DNA of 56,941 nucleotides, the filler included, from Basidiobolus ranarum (taxonomy: Eukaryota), in NCBI GenBank assembly GCA_040143965.1. It is 3 parts of 3 records of this genome, joined end to end, with 100 filler letters (N's around TTAATTAATTAA, not from the genome) between each part and the next. Parts side by side here need not be neighbours in the genome. Positions count along the whole stretch, not along the records: positions 19,055 to 37,981 come from JASJQH010007139.1; 2 more parts are not named here. One strand, given 5' to 3'. A model generated the notes under the pieces. The model did not search any database and had not been told where the DNA came from. It saw nothing but the letters and a program-made list of their open reading frames with translations. Positions 26,701 to 38,081 of the stretch are shown here, piece after piece; the first letter of the stretch is position 1, and every line of letters starts with the position of its first letter. Position numbers and translations under genes: made by a program.

Positions 26701-27867
26701 TTAGCTATCTAAACTACGTCCAGGACCTGGAAATGGATTAGGCGATGCGTTACTTGAAGGATTATTAGATTGGATGGGTGAGGCAGTGCGGCTGTTATGT
26801 AATGGTAAACATACATTAGTTGGTATGTATTGGCCACAAGTCTATAATCTTATAAATCTATTACATTCCACGTCTTGAATCGGAGTTGGTACTTATTGAC
26901 CCGTCTGAGGGATCTATTTCTGTCTGGAAAGTAGGTAATAGTCCATATTGCTCTACACTACGTACGAAACGTGGGTGATTGACTACTTTGGTCAGGAAAG
27001 TTCGCTCCTCCAATCTTTGAAAATAACCAGTGGCTGGAATGATAATCTTGAAATAGTTAAAAATATCTAGAATTCGAGTCTATGTTAGTATTACGAGTAG
27101 GAGTTGTCCGAGTAGATTTAATAACTCACATGCATATCCAACAGCCATTGCGATGAAGTGCCCCCAAAACGCCACGCCAGAGAATAGTATAGAGGTAATC
27201 AAGAGTAAAAATAGTGGATATACAGTTGATGGGATATTAAATAATCCACAGAAACTACAAACACGCAATTTGAGGTTAGTAAAGCTTCTATTCTACGACC
27301 AATAAAAGTACTCAATTTACCTGAGCGGACGAGGAACCCGACATTCCCAAACAACAAGAATAAAGATTAAAGTAGAGGTTCCAGCAAGAAGTCCAGCCTC
27401 GATGAAGGGCAAAAGAGAGCTAAGAATGTAAATTGAGGCAGGAAGGAAGGTAAACACCACAAAAAAGATGTAAAGATAACGAAAAGTTCCCATCGACAAT
27501 TCAAAATGTGCACTTAAAGGAATAAAAGCTATCATATTGAAGAAGATATGAAGAAAACCGACGTGCGGGAACGGGTACGTAATTAAACGGTAAACTTAAA
27601 ACCAACAGTTAGGCTTGATGTTCTCGAGGTATCAACTAGATCTGCGGAAACTTTACCTTGACCAGACTTCACTCCTTCAGCCCATAATCCAAGCTCTGTG
27701 GCAAGGTTCAACTTTCCCCATGTGAAAGCATGTATTGAGTAGCAGGAGGCACAAATCACGGCTATCCCCAAAGTTAATACAGGTAAAGTAAGCATATAAT
27801 TTCTTAAAGCTTCAACTCCATAATTAAAAGTGTTGCGCACAGCTGGTAAATTTAGTCGTGAAGACAT
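26701..27867 (-). CDS. Rhomboid protease, Rbd2-like, 5 exons
   Basis: GQVYRLITYPFPHVGFLHIFFNM; GxS (AGTS); FWGHFIAMAVG catalytic His; C-terminal FPGPGRSL. Confidence 0.85.
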
Positions 27868-28245
27868 TAAACAGGTTTGTAGAAACTTTTTCACTCGTAA
27901 TTAAGAAACAAAAAGTACACAACAAATGTATATTTACGTAGATAAGTGTTGGCCAAAAATAAAGAAGTATTATTTGGATATTGCGGACTGCGTTATCAAA
28001 TATAATGCAGTTAGGAGAATGAGGGTACCAAATTAGGTGAAGGGGAAAAGGGGTGCTGCTCCGCAACCAAACTTTCACAGATTCACACTAAATGGATGTC
28101 ACCTATCACCTATCACCTGTGATTGATCTAGAATTAGTCTTTGTAGGACTAAGCACTACCATTGTATTATTGGGTTCAATAAAGTTGTGTACAGCAAGGA
28201 TAAATGATAAAAATATTACATGAGATCTCAATAAAAACTAAGATA

Positions 28246-29492
28246 CTAGGGCTTGCTCATTAATTCCAAGTCATGTTCAAATTCATTCCGGAGATATTCA
28301 AAACAAAGCAACCCAAGAGAAGATGCTGGAACGGCTCTCAAAGCGTTAGTTACAACGCCTTTGAAAAGAAATTGCTGATAGCCCTTTTTGTTTCCGAGTC
28401 TGATGCATTCCCGGATGGTTTCTACATATGTGGTTCGAGTACGGTACCTGATCTCAGCCTGTGACGCTTTGACAAAGAAAACTTTTCGGATTTGCTCGAA
28501 TGGATGATCAACTGCCTGGTAAAATATAGCTGCTAATGCACCAGATCCTAGGACAAGTAAAGGTTGTACCCAAAACTTAGGTTTGACTAGTTGTGAATTA
28601 ACGTCGGCTAGGTCTCTATCACGATTGGCGTGCTCCACTGCCATTTTATACCCTTGCTTTTTGGCCAACTCGAAGACTCCAAAGAAAATGCCGTATCCTA
28701 GTGCATCCTGTTTTATGGTATGTTAGTATATCAAACATTTATTATCGTCGGGATATAAATGTATACCTTTACTAGAGTTAACCCCAGCCCACGATACAGG
28801 GTCGCGACTCCTAGTTCCTGAACCATGCTTTTTGTGTAAGCCATAACACTCTTAAATTTTCCATCAATCATTTCTTGAACATGAAATCTTGCTTGTATCG
28901 AATCTAAAGGAGTTGCTATAGTGGAGGAAACAGCCCCTGCCAATGCTCCAGCAGTGAATGCATTGCTGAAGGTCTTGTACCCAGAAGGATTGAGACCAGA
29001 ATCTGGATCCAAAGATAACAAAGTTGCCGTATAAACAGTGAAGAGAGAGATACCAACAGCTGTATTAGCCAGAAGAGGCGGGAGGACATATCTATGAATA
29101 ATATCAAACTATGAAAAGTCAATATAAGTTTTTAGGAGACACAATAGCTGATTAATGAATAGCATACCCCTCCGTATTTAACTGCTGCTGAGATCATACC
29201 AAATGAGGTGCGGTATCCAACACGCTCTTTAGCTGGTATTATTGCTTTTACCACCCCAAGATAATCTACTCTCAATGGTCTGAAGAGCTATACTTTCCAA
29301 ATTAATAAACGATTGCGTACGTTCCAATTATATCACTATCTTGCTAACCTTCAACGGTGTTTTATACCAAAAGTACAAGGGCTTCATTACAGCCGCACGT
29401 ACAATTCCACTGGTTATACCAATATCTTTAGGACGCTTTGCTGAGTTTTCAGACTCGAAATCGAAATCACTGATATACAGCCTTGTGTCCAT
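28246..29492 (-). CDS. Mitochondrial carrier (SLC25) family protein, 4 exons
   Basis: AGALAGAVSSTIATPLDSIQARF, LYRGLGLTLVKD, HPFEQIR, LFKGVVTNALRAVP. Confidence 0.87.
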
Positions 29493-29735
29493 TTGTCTCC
29501 AAGTTGCAAAAGTCTGTACCCCTAACTACTACAAGGTTACCAAAGCTCATTATTAAACTAAAATCATTTGATCTCATTTCAAGTGTAATAGTGGGGTGAG
29601 CCATATATGGTATCCCTTGCGGAATACAAATTTGAATTATAATGTAAATATATATAGTCTCAGTCACGTGCTTTGGGGGATTCAGCTTTTTATTGTAAAG
29701 TTGAATATAAAAATGGCATATAACTGAATCTAAAT

Positions 29736-31055
29736 CTAACTATTAATTCTACAAGCTTCCAAGATAGCGCAACGAAGTTCAGTTATCCCGACCTTTTTGG
29801 TGGTACTGATGGGTAAAACTTGAGGGAAGCAACTAATGGTATTTTGGGAGAGCTCAGTTTCAATTTCTGAACGTATTTCGGCCAAAGCGCTGCTAGATAG
29901 TTTGTCAATTTTCGTGAGTACCACCTGAGTTTTGTGAATCAAATTAGCCTTGATAATGACAAAGAATTTAACAAACACATACTTGATAAGAGACACCCAT
30001 TCCATCTAAAAGAGACATCAAATCTCGATCCTTCTCTTTAAAGCTATGAGTGGCCTCGATAAGAACGAAAATTCGGCGGAGTCTGATGTAGAAAATTAGA
30101 GATAATCGTAGAGCACAGCAATATCTTTGATGACTTACCGGGTGCTTTCTCTAAAATAATCCATACTCATAGTGCCCCACTCGTCCCAACTACGGAATCC
30201 ATATCCTGGCATATCCACCAGCACCAACTTGTCTGCCATCGAAAATGTGTTCAAAAGCTTAGTGTGGCCCTGAGAAAAAAAACCTGATATCAGCAAAAGG
30301 AGTAAAACTCAATGAGTAGATAATGCACGTACAGGAGTCTTGGATGTTTTCACTAAACGATTTCGGTTTGCTAGCGCGTTGATGATAGAGGATTTCTACG
30401 AATACAGAGTCTATCAGATAATAAGTACTAACAATCAATTAATGGTCCAAAACATCCATACCCCAACATTACTTCTACCCACGAAAGCTACCTAGTATAT
30501 CAAGAAGATTTATAGCGTCAGCAAGTGAACAACCTATAGTTACAATGACAAACGAAATAAAAATTAGTATAAAAATATTCACACCTCAGGGAGCGTTTTC
30601 AACTTGAATTCAGTATGTTTGACCGCAGAGTGCACGAAATAAGGATTTTTAGTAAATATGGTATCAGCCAATTCCGATAACTTCTTTCCAGGTTTCGCTT
30701 CTGTAAATTCTACTCGAAGAACCTCTTTTTTTTTAGCAATTGGTACGACAACATTCTCCTTTGAGGTTTTTTGAATTGTGTTTTCATTCTTTAGAGCCGA
30801 CTCATTTTTCTTGGCAAGTTTCATATTCTTCGCATGTTGTTGTGGAGAAATGCGCTCACGAGCAGGTCCTGGCTTGCGAGCTCGTGGGCTCCCAGGTTTT
30901 AAATCAGGTCTTATGTTATTTCGAATAGGCTTGTTGGCTGAATTAAAAGCATATCTGATTCCAACTGTAGGATAGCTTTTTCTCTCTACGTGTCGCAGAA
31001 AATTTAAAGTCAAACTTGTCGGAAAGGAAGTAACGGTTGGTCGAGTGAACCACAT
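29736..31055 (-). CDS. EngB/YihA-family ribosome-biogenesis GTPase, probably mitochondrial, 6 exons
   Basis: Spliced G1 LPEVAFVGRSNVGKSS, G2 SKTPGHT, G3 LVDMPGYG, G4 VLTKIDK; presequence-like N-terminus. Confidence 0.92.
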
Positions 31056-32244
31056 TATCAAATGTCCACTATAGTAATGCTTTACGATTTGGCACCAAGT
31101 GAAGGGCTAAGTGAAGAATGATATATCAGCTTTGACTGTATACTTGAATCGTTCATGAAATTTCTTAGTGCCGATTCCAATTTACAATTCACCTGTACAT
31201 AATTGAATTTTATAGTATGAATACTTAAATGAACCTTGATCGCGTCAAACAGACAAAATTTGCAATCTTTGGCTTGGTAAACAGAATATGGTTTAATTAT
31301 TGTGCTAAATATAATTAATTTTACTTCGCATGTGACAGGACTTTACGTTCGTACAGATTTTGGTTAGAAGATAATTCATTATTTGAGAGGCACTACATGT
31401 CTGAGTTTTTTGATCTCTGTGTAGCTTATAGCAGATAGAAATTTGCTGAGTCTACTACACAGGCATCGATATTACTTATAGAGCTCTCTACATACAACAT
31501 AAAGGCACTTTTAGCAAAGCAAGATTTATATGCAAACACTGTTTTTTGAACAAAAGTAGCCGATATTTGTTAGAACCCTCCATTACTAACATAGTATTTC
31601 AGCTGATACACAAGTCCCGAACTTCTCGGAGTTGAAGCAAAAAACTGGTTTACTCTTTTCGATCTTAAATCATCAGAAAGTGGGCGTATTCATGTACAAA
31701 CTTTGAAATCAGGCTATTTCTGAATTTAACAATGGGCAGTTTGATTGGGGCTACAGCAGAATGATCGTGATGTTATCGTATACTAATGTAAACAAAGATT
31801 GGTATTTGGAGATGTACTTGAATGTAAATTTCACATCCATTATGATCAAGCGTTAAAAATACATACGGACTAACCGTAGTTACATGTTTGGTTACAATTA
31901 CTATCTGTTAGTAAAGGCAGTTTGAAGTATAGAAAAATTACCAAATGAGAGAAAGCTTAACGCTTATTTAGATATTATTTTTGGCTTTTGACATTTGATT
32001 TAAAGGGGAACACTTCAATAAAAACAAAGGATTAATTAAAATAAAAAATGTGGTTTATAGAGATGGTAAGAATCACTCTCGAAATAAATAACTAAAATAG
32101 AGAAATATGAAGGGGAAGGGGACTGTACATGACGTTCAAAGTGATGATTTTCTTTACTTCGTTTGTTCCTCACATTTGTCGTAAGTTATTCTTAATGATT
32201 GCACGTTCTTTAGAGGGGATTCGGGATTGAATGGTGAAGTGCAT

Positions 32245-35200
32245 TTATAAGATCCCGTTCGAGTAATATTGGAAGGTATCATAAAGACGAGTAAACACGT
32301 TACAGCAACTGCTAATAATCAGCTTCTCCAAATATTCATCCACTTGCGCCTCTGTTAAAGAGAGTTGGAAACGATCGCGTAAAGCAGCTACAGTAGATTC
32401 ACCAGTGTTCGAGAAACATGGAAGACTTGAGTCTGATATTCATATATGTATTAGTGACTGTACTTTGGTATTTGTTACTTTGAAATATTTACCCTTTTGC
32501 ATGATTTCCACCAGTAAGATAATATTGTCGGCAAATTTGCGAAGAGATAGGAAGCCTTGTTTGAACAGAGCTTTGAATTCAGCAAACTTTTCACTTTCAA
32601 CACCTCCCAATACATCCAGGTATTCTTGTGTTAATTTAAATGGAGCCATTTCAAACCCGACAGAGCCAGGTGAATTAGATAACATAAACCCAAAATCAAT
32701 GTCTAAAATAGAATATTAGTGAAACTTGAGTGGCATTCTACATATAATGATATATACTAACGGATAAGGTGGCCATCTGTCGCAAGGAGGACATTTCCGT
32801 TATGCCTAAAATGCAGCATTAGTTGGGCTCGTTTTAAATATTTGGCACAGGTGAGTGACTATCTATAAAACCATACCTGTCTTTAAGATGCAGAATATAG
32901 CAAACCAATGAATATCCCACCAAACTGCGCATAAAGTTGTCTTGTGCCCGTAGAAATTCAGGGGAATCAGGTGTTCCAAATTTCTATGAGGATAATCGAT
33001 TATTACTGATATCCAAAAATAAATATATCTGCAGTAAATAGAGGGTACCTGGACGAAGTAGTCATACAAAGTGAACACCACTCCCTGTTGATTAAGCTGC
33101 TTATTGTAGCCTTCTTTTTTAAGCGAATGTAGTGAAATCGTGTTTCGAACAGTTTCAATAAACCCTGACGAACTGGAGGTGACTAGTATACGATAACTTT
33201 AAAAAAATGGATGAGCTCAGATGAATCGACAACCAATATTATTGCATGCATTAGTTAAATCTTACTATTTAACCCAGATATCAATATCAGCCTCTCTCCA
33301 TATTTTCTGCATGACAAGAATCAATTGAAGCGCGAGTTGTTCCTGTCTCAGATCTCCACCAGTTTTGACAATGACTGGGAAAAGTTGCCAGTTAGGATGA
33401 CTTCCATATGGTGACGATGCACGAATCCGTTCTTTTTTAGCATTCCAGTCCTCTTGAAAAACGGCAGCTAATTTTCAAAGAAATTAAATTGACATGTAAA
33501 TGCTTGTAGTACAATAGAAGATACGTACCACTTGGATCATCTTTATGCTTGACGCTCTCTAATATATCCCCGTCATCCTCTAGAGTTTCACCTCCACCTC
33601 CTTCACCTCCATCGCCTCCAACGCCACTACCAATTCCTTCAAGCTTCATTTTTGCAATTCTGGCTTCCTCTAATGCCATCATTTTCTGTATGATTTTTTC
33701 ACGGATTAAATCGGTGGCTGATTGGTTTTTACCTGAGCTAGAAGTATCGACAGCCTTTGCATTGGATATACTACGGCCAGTTTCCCTCTTTTGACGTTCA
33801 GTTAACTGGGCAAGCATCACGGCAGCTGTACGCATATGCTCAGCGAAGCCATCAGTAGTATTCGAACTACGGCGGTTAACCACTGTCTCAAAATACTCTT
33901 TATTAGTTTGAGAGGCAGCAGGACTAGGGTGGGAAGACATCTCTTCAAACTCAGTGATATCCAAAGATCTGGTACTTGTGACGGAAGTAGGGACCTTAAG
34001 TTCACCACCTAAGAATAGATATCAATCAAACAGTTGATGTAGAGGAAATCGTTAATAAAGCGATTCACTGGTAAGAGGAGATTAACGTTTATACCCATAT
34101 GGATTGGCTCATTAGAAGAATCTGAGGAATCTGAATCTGATCCATTCTCCTCAATGGGAGCTGGAATCGCAGGCTTGTACTTTAGCAATGCAGATTCATC
34201 AAAATCAGCGTCTGTCTCGATAACTTCAACCATGATTAGATATGGGACCTATGAAATAGTTTGAGTATTTGGATGCAGAAATTGACGCGAGAACTACACT
34301 ACTTACTCTCTCAGCCGAATTGAGAACAACAGCATCTGATGGAGGGATTCGGACAATCTTGTGATGATATGGACTATCAGCAGTTGCCGGACACCACAGT
34401 GGTATACATACATCAGCGGGTAAATTATGGTTTAGCAGTGAAAGCTCGGCATGTAAAGAACTAAGTTTGAAAAGTTAAAGATAACCCTCTATGATGTTTA
34501 AAGATACGAAGGAACAATATGGCTCATTTCTTTTCAAAAAAAAAGGATATTTCTTGCTTTTTTTGGAAGCATGCACAGACGATTTGATATATCTACCAAG
34601 GCTATCACAAATGACATTTCTGAATGGAAGTAGTGTCCGTCTATCAATTGCTTGCGCCTGGAAGGCTCTGAACCAAGGAATAGATCATATTCAAAATCCG
34701 AATCTGATTCGGGAACTGGTGAAGTAGCCTCAGAGTATGACTCAGTTTCCCTTCTATCAAACGATCTTGAAGGAGAAAGATTCAGCGTAGATATGCGCTC
34801 GAAGCTTCGTCTACCAGCAGTACTTTTAATGTAGTGACCAAAAGAAAATGCTCTTCCTTTATGTAAGTCTTCTAAGGTGGGTGAGGATGTAGGGATCCGA
34901 GATGACCCCGGGGATAAATTCAAGGATGTGTTTTGGTTCGGAGTATCCTGCGATTCAGCATTAATGTCTTTTTCTTGAACCTCTGAGCCATTTGTGTCAG
35001 CCTTGTTAGTATCTTCAACCTGTTTCACAGGCGGGTAGAAAGGTGCACGTCGGCCCTGATCAATAGCCATTTGTCCAGCGCTTATAGCAAAAGCTGGACT
35101 GACTATCCCTGCAAGGAGAGCACTCATCCCAACAAGTGCGGGGAAAGGATTCTCCCTTACTTTAACCTTTCTTTTAGGTATTTCGTTGCCATCATCGCAA

Positions 35201-35704
35201 GATTCCTTAAAGATTATATTTTGAACTTGGCTGTGCATACGTTTGCATAATCTATAGGAGGATGAATGGGGAGTTGACGATAGATCAGACATGTATGCCT
35301 GAAGATACCAAAAGGTCTACAAAATATACAAGTAACAAATTAGTGGAAAGTCTCATCAAAGTGATGATCTTAAGAAAATACCAAAATAGCTATGTGAGTG
35401 GATATTTTGCATCTATCAAGTAAGAAGTTTTCTAACGAAACCGATTGCTCTGGGCGAGATATCAACATATGACTAGAAAGGCGAAGTAAGAATAATACTC
35501 AAGGGCACAATAATACCATGAAAGGTTGTACCATATTTGCGGTAAGAAGAATTCGATTTCAGACACTGGAAATTTCTTCAATTCATTACACAAGTAATGT
35601 TGAATGCCAACTGAGTCTGGATATTTGAAAATATAGGAGATGGCCAACCAAGAGGTGAAAAATTCAGAGTTGAAAAGTCGCAAGAGTAAAGAATTTGAAG
35701 TCAT
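32245..35704 (-). CDS. PIK1: Phosphatidylinositol 4-kinase III-beta, multi-exon, includes one AT-AC intron
   Basis: LLLRLFNSEFF...IEFFLPQI, LNSAERVPYL, DDPSAAVF, VIVKTGGDLRQEQLA, KDRHNGNVLL, HIDFGFMLSNSPG, FEMAPFKLT, RLYDTFQYYSNGIL*. Confidence 0.95.
34465..34550 (-). other. U12-type (minor spliceosome) AT-AC intron, 86 nt
   Basis: 5' ATATCCTT, branch-like TATCTTTAAC near the 3' end, terminal AC. Splicing gives LPKKAR-I-SSLHAELSLLNHNLP. Confidence 0.9.
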
Positions 35705-36562
35705 GGCTATTTCAGTTAATCTCCGAATAAGCTAAACTTCCATTTAAAGTCACGAAAAGTGAGATTAGTAAACAACCACAACTACTAGAGGTTTTAGCGT
35801 TAGGAGCTTTCAATCTGGGCCAAATTGATGTATATAAAACAAAAACCGCCGCGTAGCTGAAGCTCTATTGTTTAGAGAGCTGATCTCACATGATAGGTAT
35901 CAAATTAATTGATATGGATGGGCATTAAATGATTAAATCATGCAACCCACCTGAGATATCATTAAATATCGGGTTATCGTTTAATTGGGATAAATTCCCA
36001 TCTTGGTTGGTCACGGACTGAGTTGAACTAACAAAAAGTTACTTTTCCAAACATTGACTTTGTAAAGTGGCTCTTTATGAGATCTTTTGCGATCTCCAAT
36101 TGTCTGGTTATATCCATGTCTTTCACCATCAACGAATCATTCGGTTGAACATTAAAGGAGAACGACTTGACTCCTGAAAGTCATCCTTGGTAAACTCCTC
36201 AATAATTATAACATTCTCATCACAATTAGGATATTAAACATTCATCACGAAAATAGTTGTTAACTTAGTCGTATACTTAGGAAATCTAATCAAATTGTAA
36301 CAAAATTGTCAATTCAAAATCAACTAAAAAGATTCATACCAGTTAACAAATTAGAAAATAGTATTGTTTCATAATATATCTTTGGCTTGTTGAACAAAGT
36401 GCAAAAGGTAAAGCACACACGATCTATTTTGTTATCAGTATTGTTCCATTGTTAACCTGAAGGCAAAACTTAGACTTTTCTTATTAGTTTGAATTGTGTG
36501 AGAAAAAAGATCTGGTGCTCGCTATTGTGCTCAATTGCCTAGTGTTCACCTCGCTTTAGATA

Positions 36563-37975
36563 ATGAACAATTCTCGTCAACCGCATTCTCAATCGTCTTC
36601 TACATCACCTAAATCATCTCAAAATTTTCCACCCATAATCCCTGTCTCGCAAAGTTTAACCTCAAGGTCTACGTTCAACGCCTCATTCATAGAATCGGTG
36701 ACTAGTACGAACGCGTCTGGCGTTGAAGAAAAAGAAACTATTTCAGTGGTCTCAACAGAAACTAATACTTTTACCACTACTAGTACTTCAGAAAATCCTG
36801 CTTCTAACTTCAAGTATAGTAATAACGAAAAGGAAAAAATCCGTTTTTCCATTGTAAGAAAATCAGCGGGTAAATCAGCAAATGTTTTCAAAAATACTCT
36901 TTTTCAAAGTACACCTGAAGATGACGAATCCCAAAAGCAAAGCCCAAATGTTGCTGTGATAGCCAAAAATGATGAAGAATTACAGACGAAAGAAAATGTT
37001 AATCTCAGGCCTGAAAAAGCTTCTAAAGAAGTCCAAGATACTATTTCATATAACGGAACTCATCGTGAAAACTCTAGCAGGAAAAGATCTAGAAGTCGAA
37101 ACTCTAGTCAAGATATTATTTCCCAGAAAAAACATACTTTTTCAAGAGAATCTAGGTCCATTGCTTATGAATCAACACCATATAGACGCTATTCTCCTAG
37201 AATGCGTTCTAGAAGTCCTCATCGATACGATTCACAATGGCACTACAGTCCTAGAGGACATTCGCGTAGCCCCCAATATTATCATAGACAACGCTCCAGA
37301 AGTCCCAGTCCATACCGACATTATGAAAGAAGAGCCGGAAGAAGTCGTTCTAGAAGTCCAACTTCTCGGTATCAGCACTATGAACCTCGCCGGCGACGTT
37401 CGCGAAGTAGATCAGGAACCCCATCTCAGGGATATGATAACTGGCGGTGGAGATCAGCCGAACACAAGAGGTCTTACAACGGGTACGATTCATATCGTAG
37501 GGGTTACTCTAAAAGTCGATCCAGAAGCCCTTACTCTGGTTATGACTCATACAGAAGACGTTCCCCTCGAAGCCGTTCTCGGAGTAATTCTAGACCAACT
37601 GGATATCACTACCAAGGATCCACGAATTGGTCAAGAGGCCACAATTCGAGGATTCAACCTTCTTCAGGGCTATATCATAAAGAACCCGTTAGTCTATCGA
37701 GAAAATATGAAAACTCGGATTTAATGGAGGAAAGAAAGGCGGAGCATGCATCGAATGATCGAAATATAGCGCCGCCTCCGCCCCCAATAGTATCACCAAA
37801 GCCACCACCACCTCTGTCTGAAGTTAAAAACCCAACACCAACACCACCCCCGCCTCCTCTTTCTGAGCTCAAGATTCCAACGCCGCCACCTCCACCTCTA
37901 CCTGAACATAAGAATCCCAACCCGCCACCACCCCCATTACCTAAGTCTAAAGGTTCGAGCCCGACATCGCCATAG
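36563..37975 (+). CDS. RS-domain, polyproline-rich protein; probably an N-terminal fragment cut by the contig end
   Basis: 470-aa ORF with repeated RSRSRSP motifs and four PPPPP(L) blocks; the stop lies 6 nt from the gap. Confidence 0.75.
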   Translation: MNNSRQPHSQSSSTSPKSSQNFPPIIPVSQSLTSRSTFNASFIESVTSTNASGVEEKETISVVSTETNTFTTTSTSENPASNFKYSNNEKEKIRFSIVRKSAGKSANVFKNTLFQSTPEDDESQKQSPNVAVIAKNDEELQTKENVNLRPEKASKEVQDTISYNGTHRENSSRKRSRSRNSSQDIISQKKHTFSRESRSIAYESTPYRRYSPRMRSRSPHRYDSQWHYSPRGHSRSPQYYHRQRSRSPSPYRHYERRAGRSRSRSPTSRYQHYEPRRRRSRSRSGTPSQGYDNWRWRSAEHKRSYNGYDSYRRGYSKSRSRSPYSGYDSYRRRSPRSRSRSNSRPTGYHYQGSTNWSRGHNSRIQPSSGLYHKEPVSLSRKYENSDLMEERKAEHASNDRNIAPPPPPIVSPKPPPPLSEVKNPTPTPPPPPLSELKIPTPPPPPLPEHKNPNPPPPPLPKSKGSSPTSP

Positions 37976-37981
37976 TTTGCC

Positions 37982-38081
37982 NNNNNNNNNNNNNNNNNNN
38001 NNNNNNNNNNNNNNNNNNNNNNNNNTTAATTAATTAANNNNNNNNNNNNNNNNNNNNNNNNNNNNNNNNNNNNNNNNNNNN
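37982..38081. other. Assembly gap / artificial linker (N44-TTAATTAATTAA-N44)
   Basis: Same structure as 18955-19054. Confidence 0.97.

Noticed and set aside
36969-37724. 251-aa overlapping ORF in another frame of the RS protein
   Set aside because: Explained as a shadow frame of repetitive Arg/Ser codons; no recognisable motif.
37950-37975. GGTTCGAGCCC...CCA resembling a tRNA T-loop/B-box and 3' end
   Set aside because: Upstream bases cannot form the T-stem or cloverleaf, and it lies in an ORF at a contig edge.
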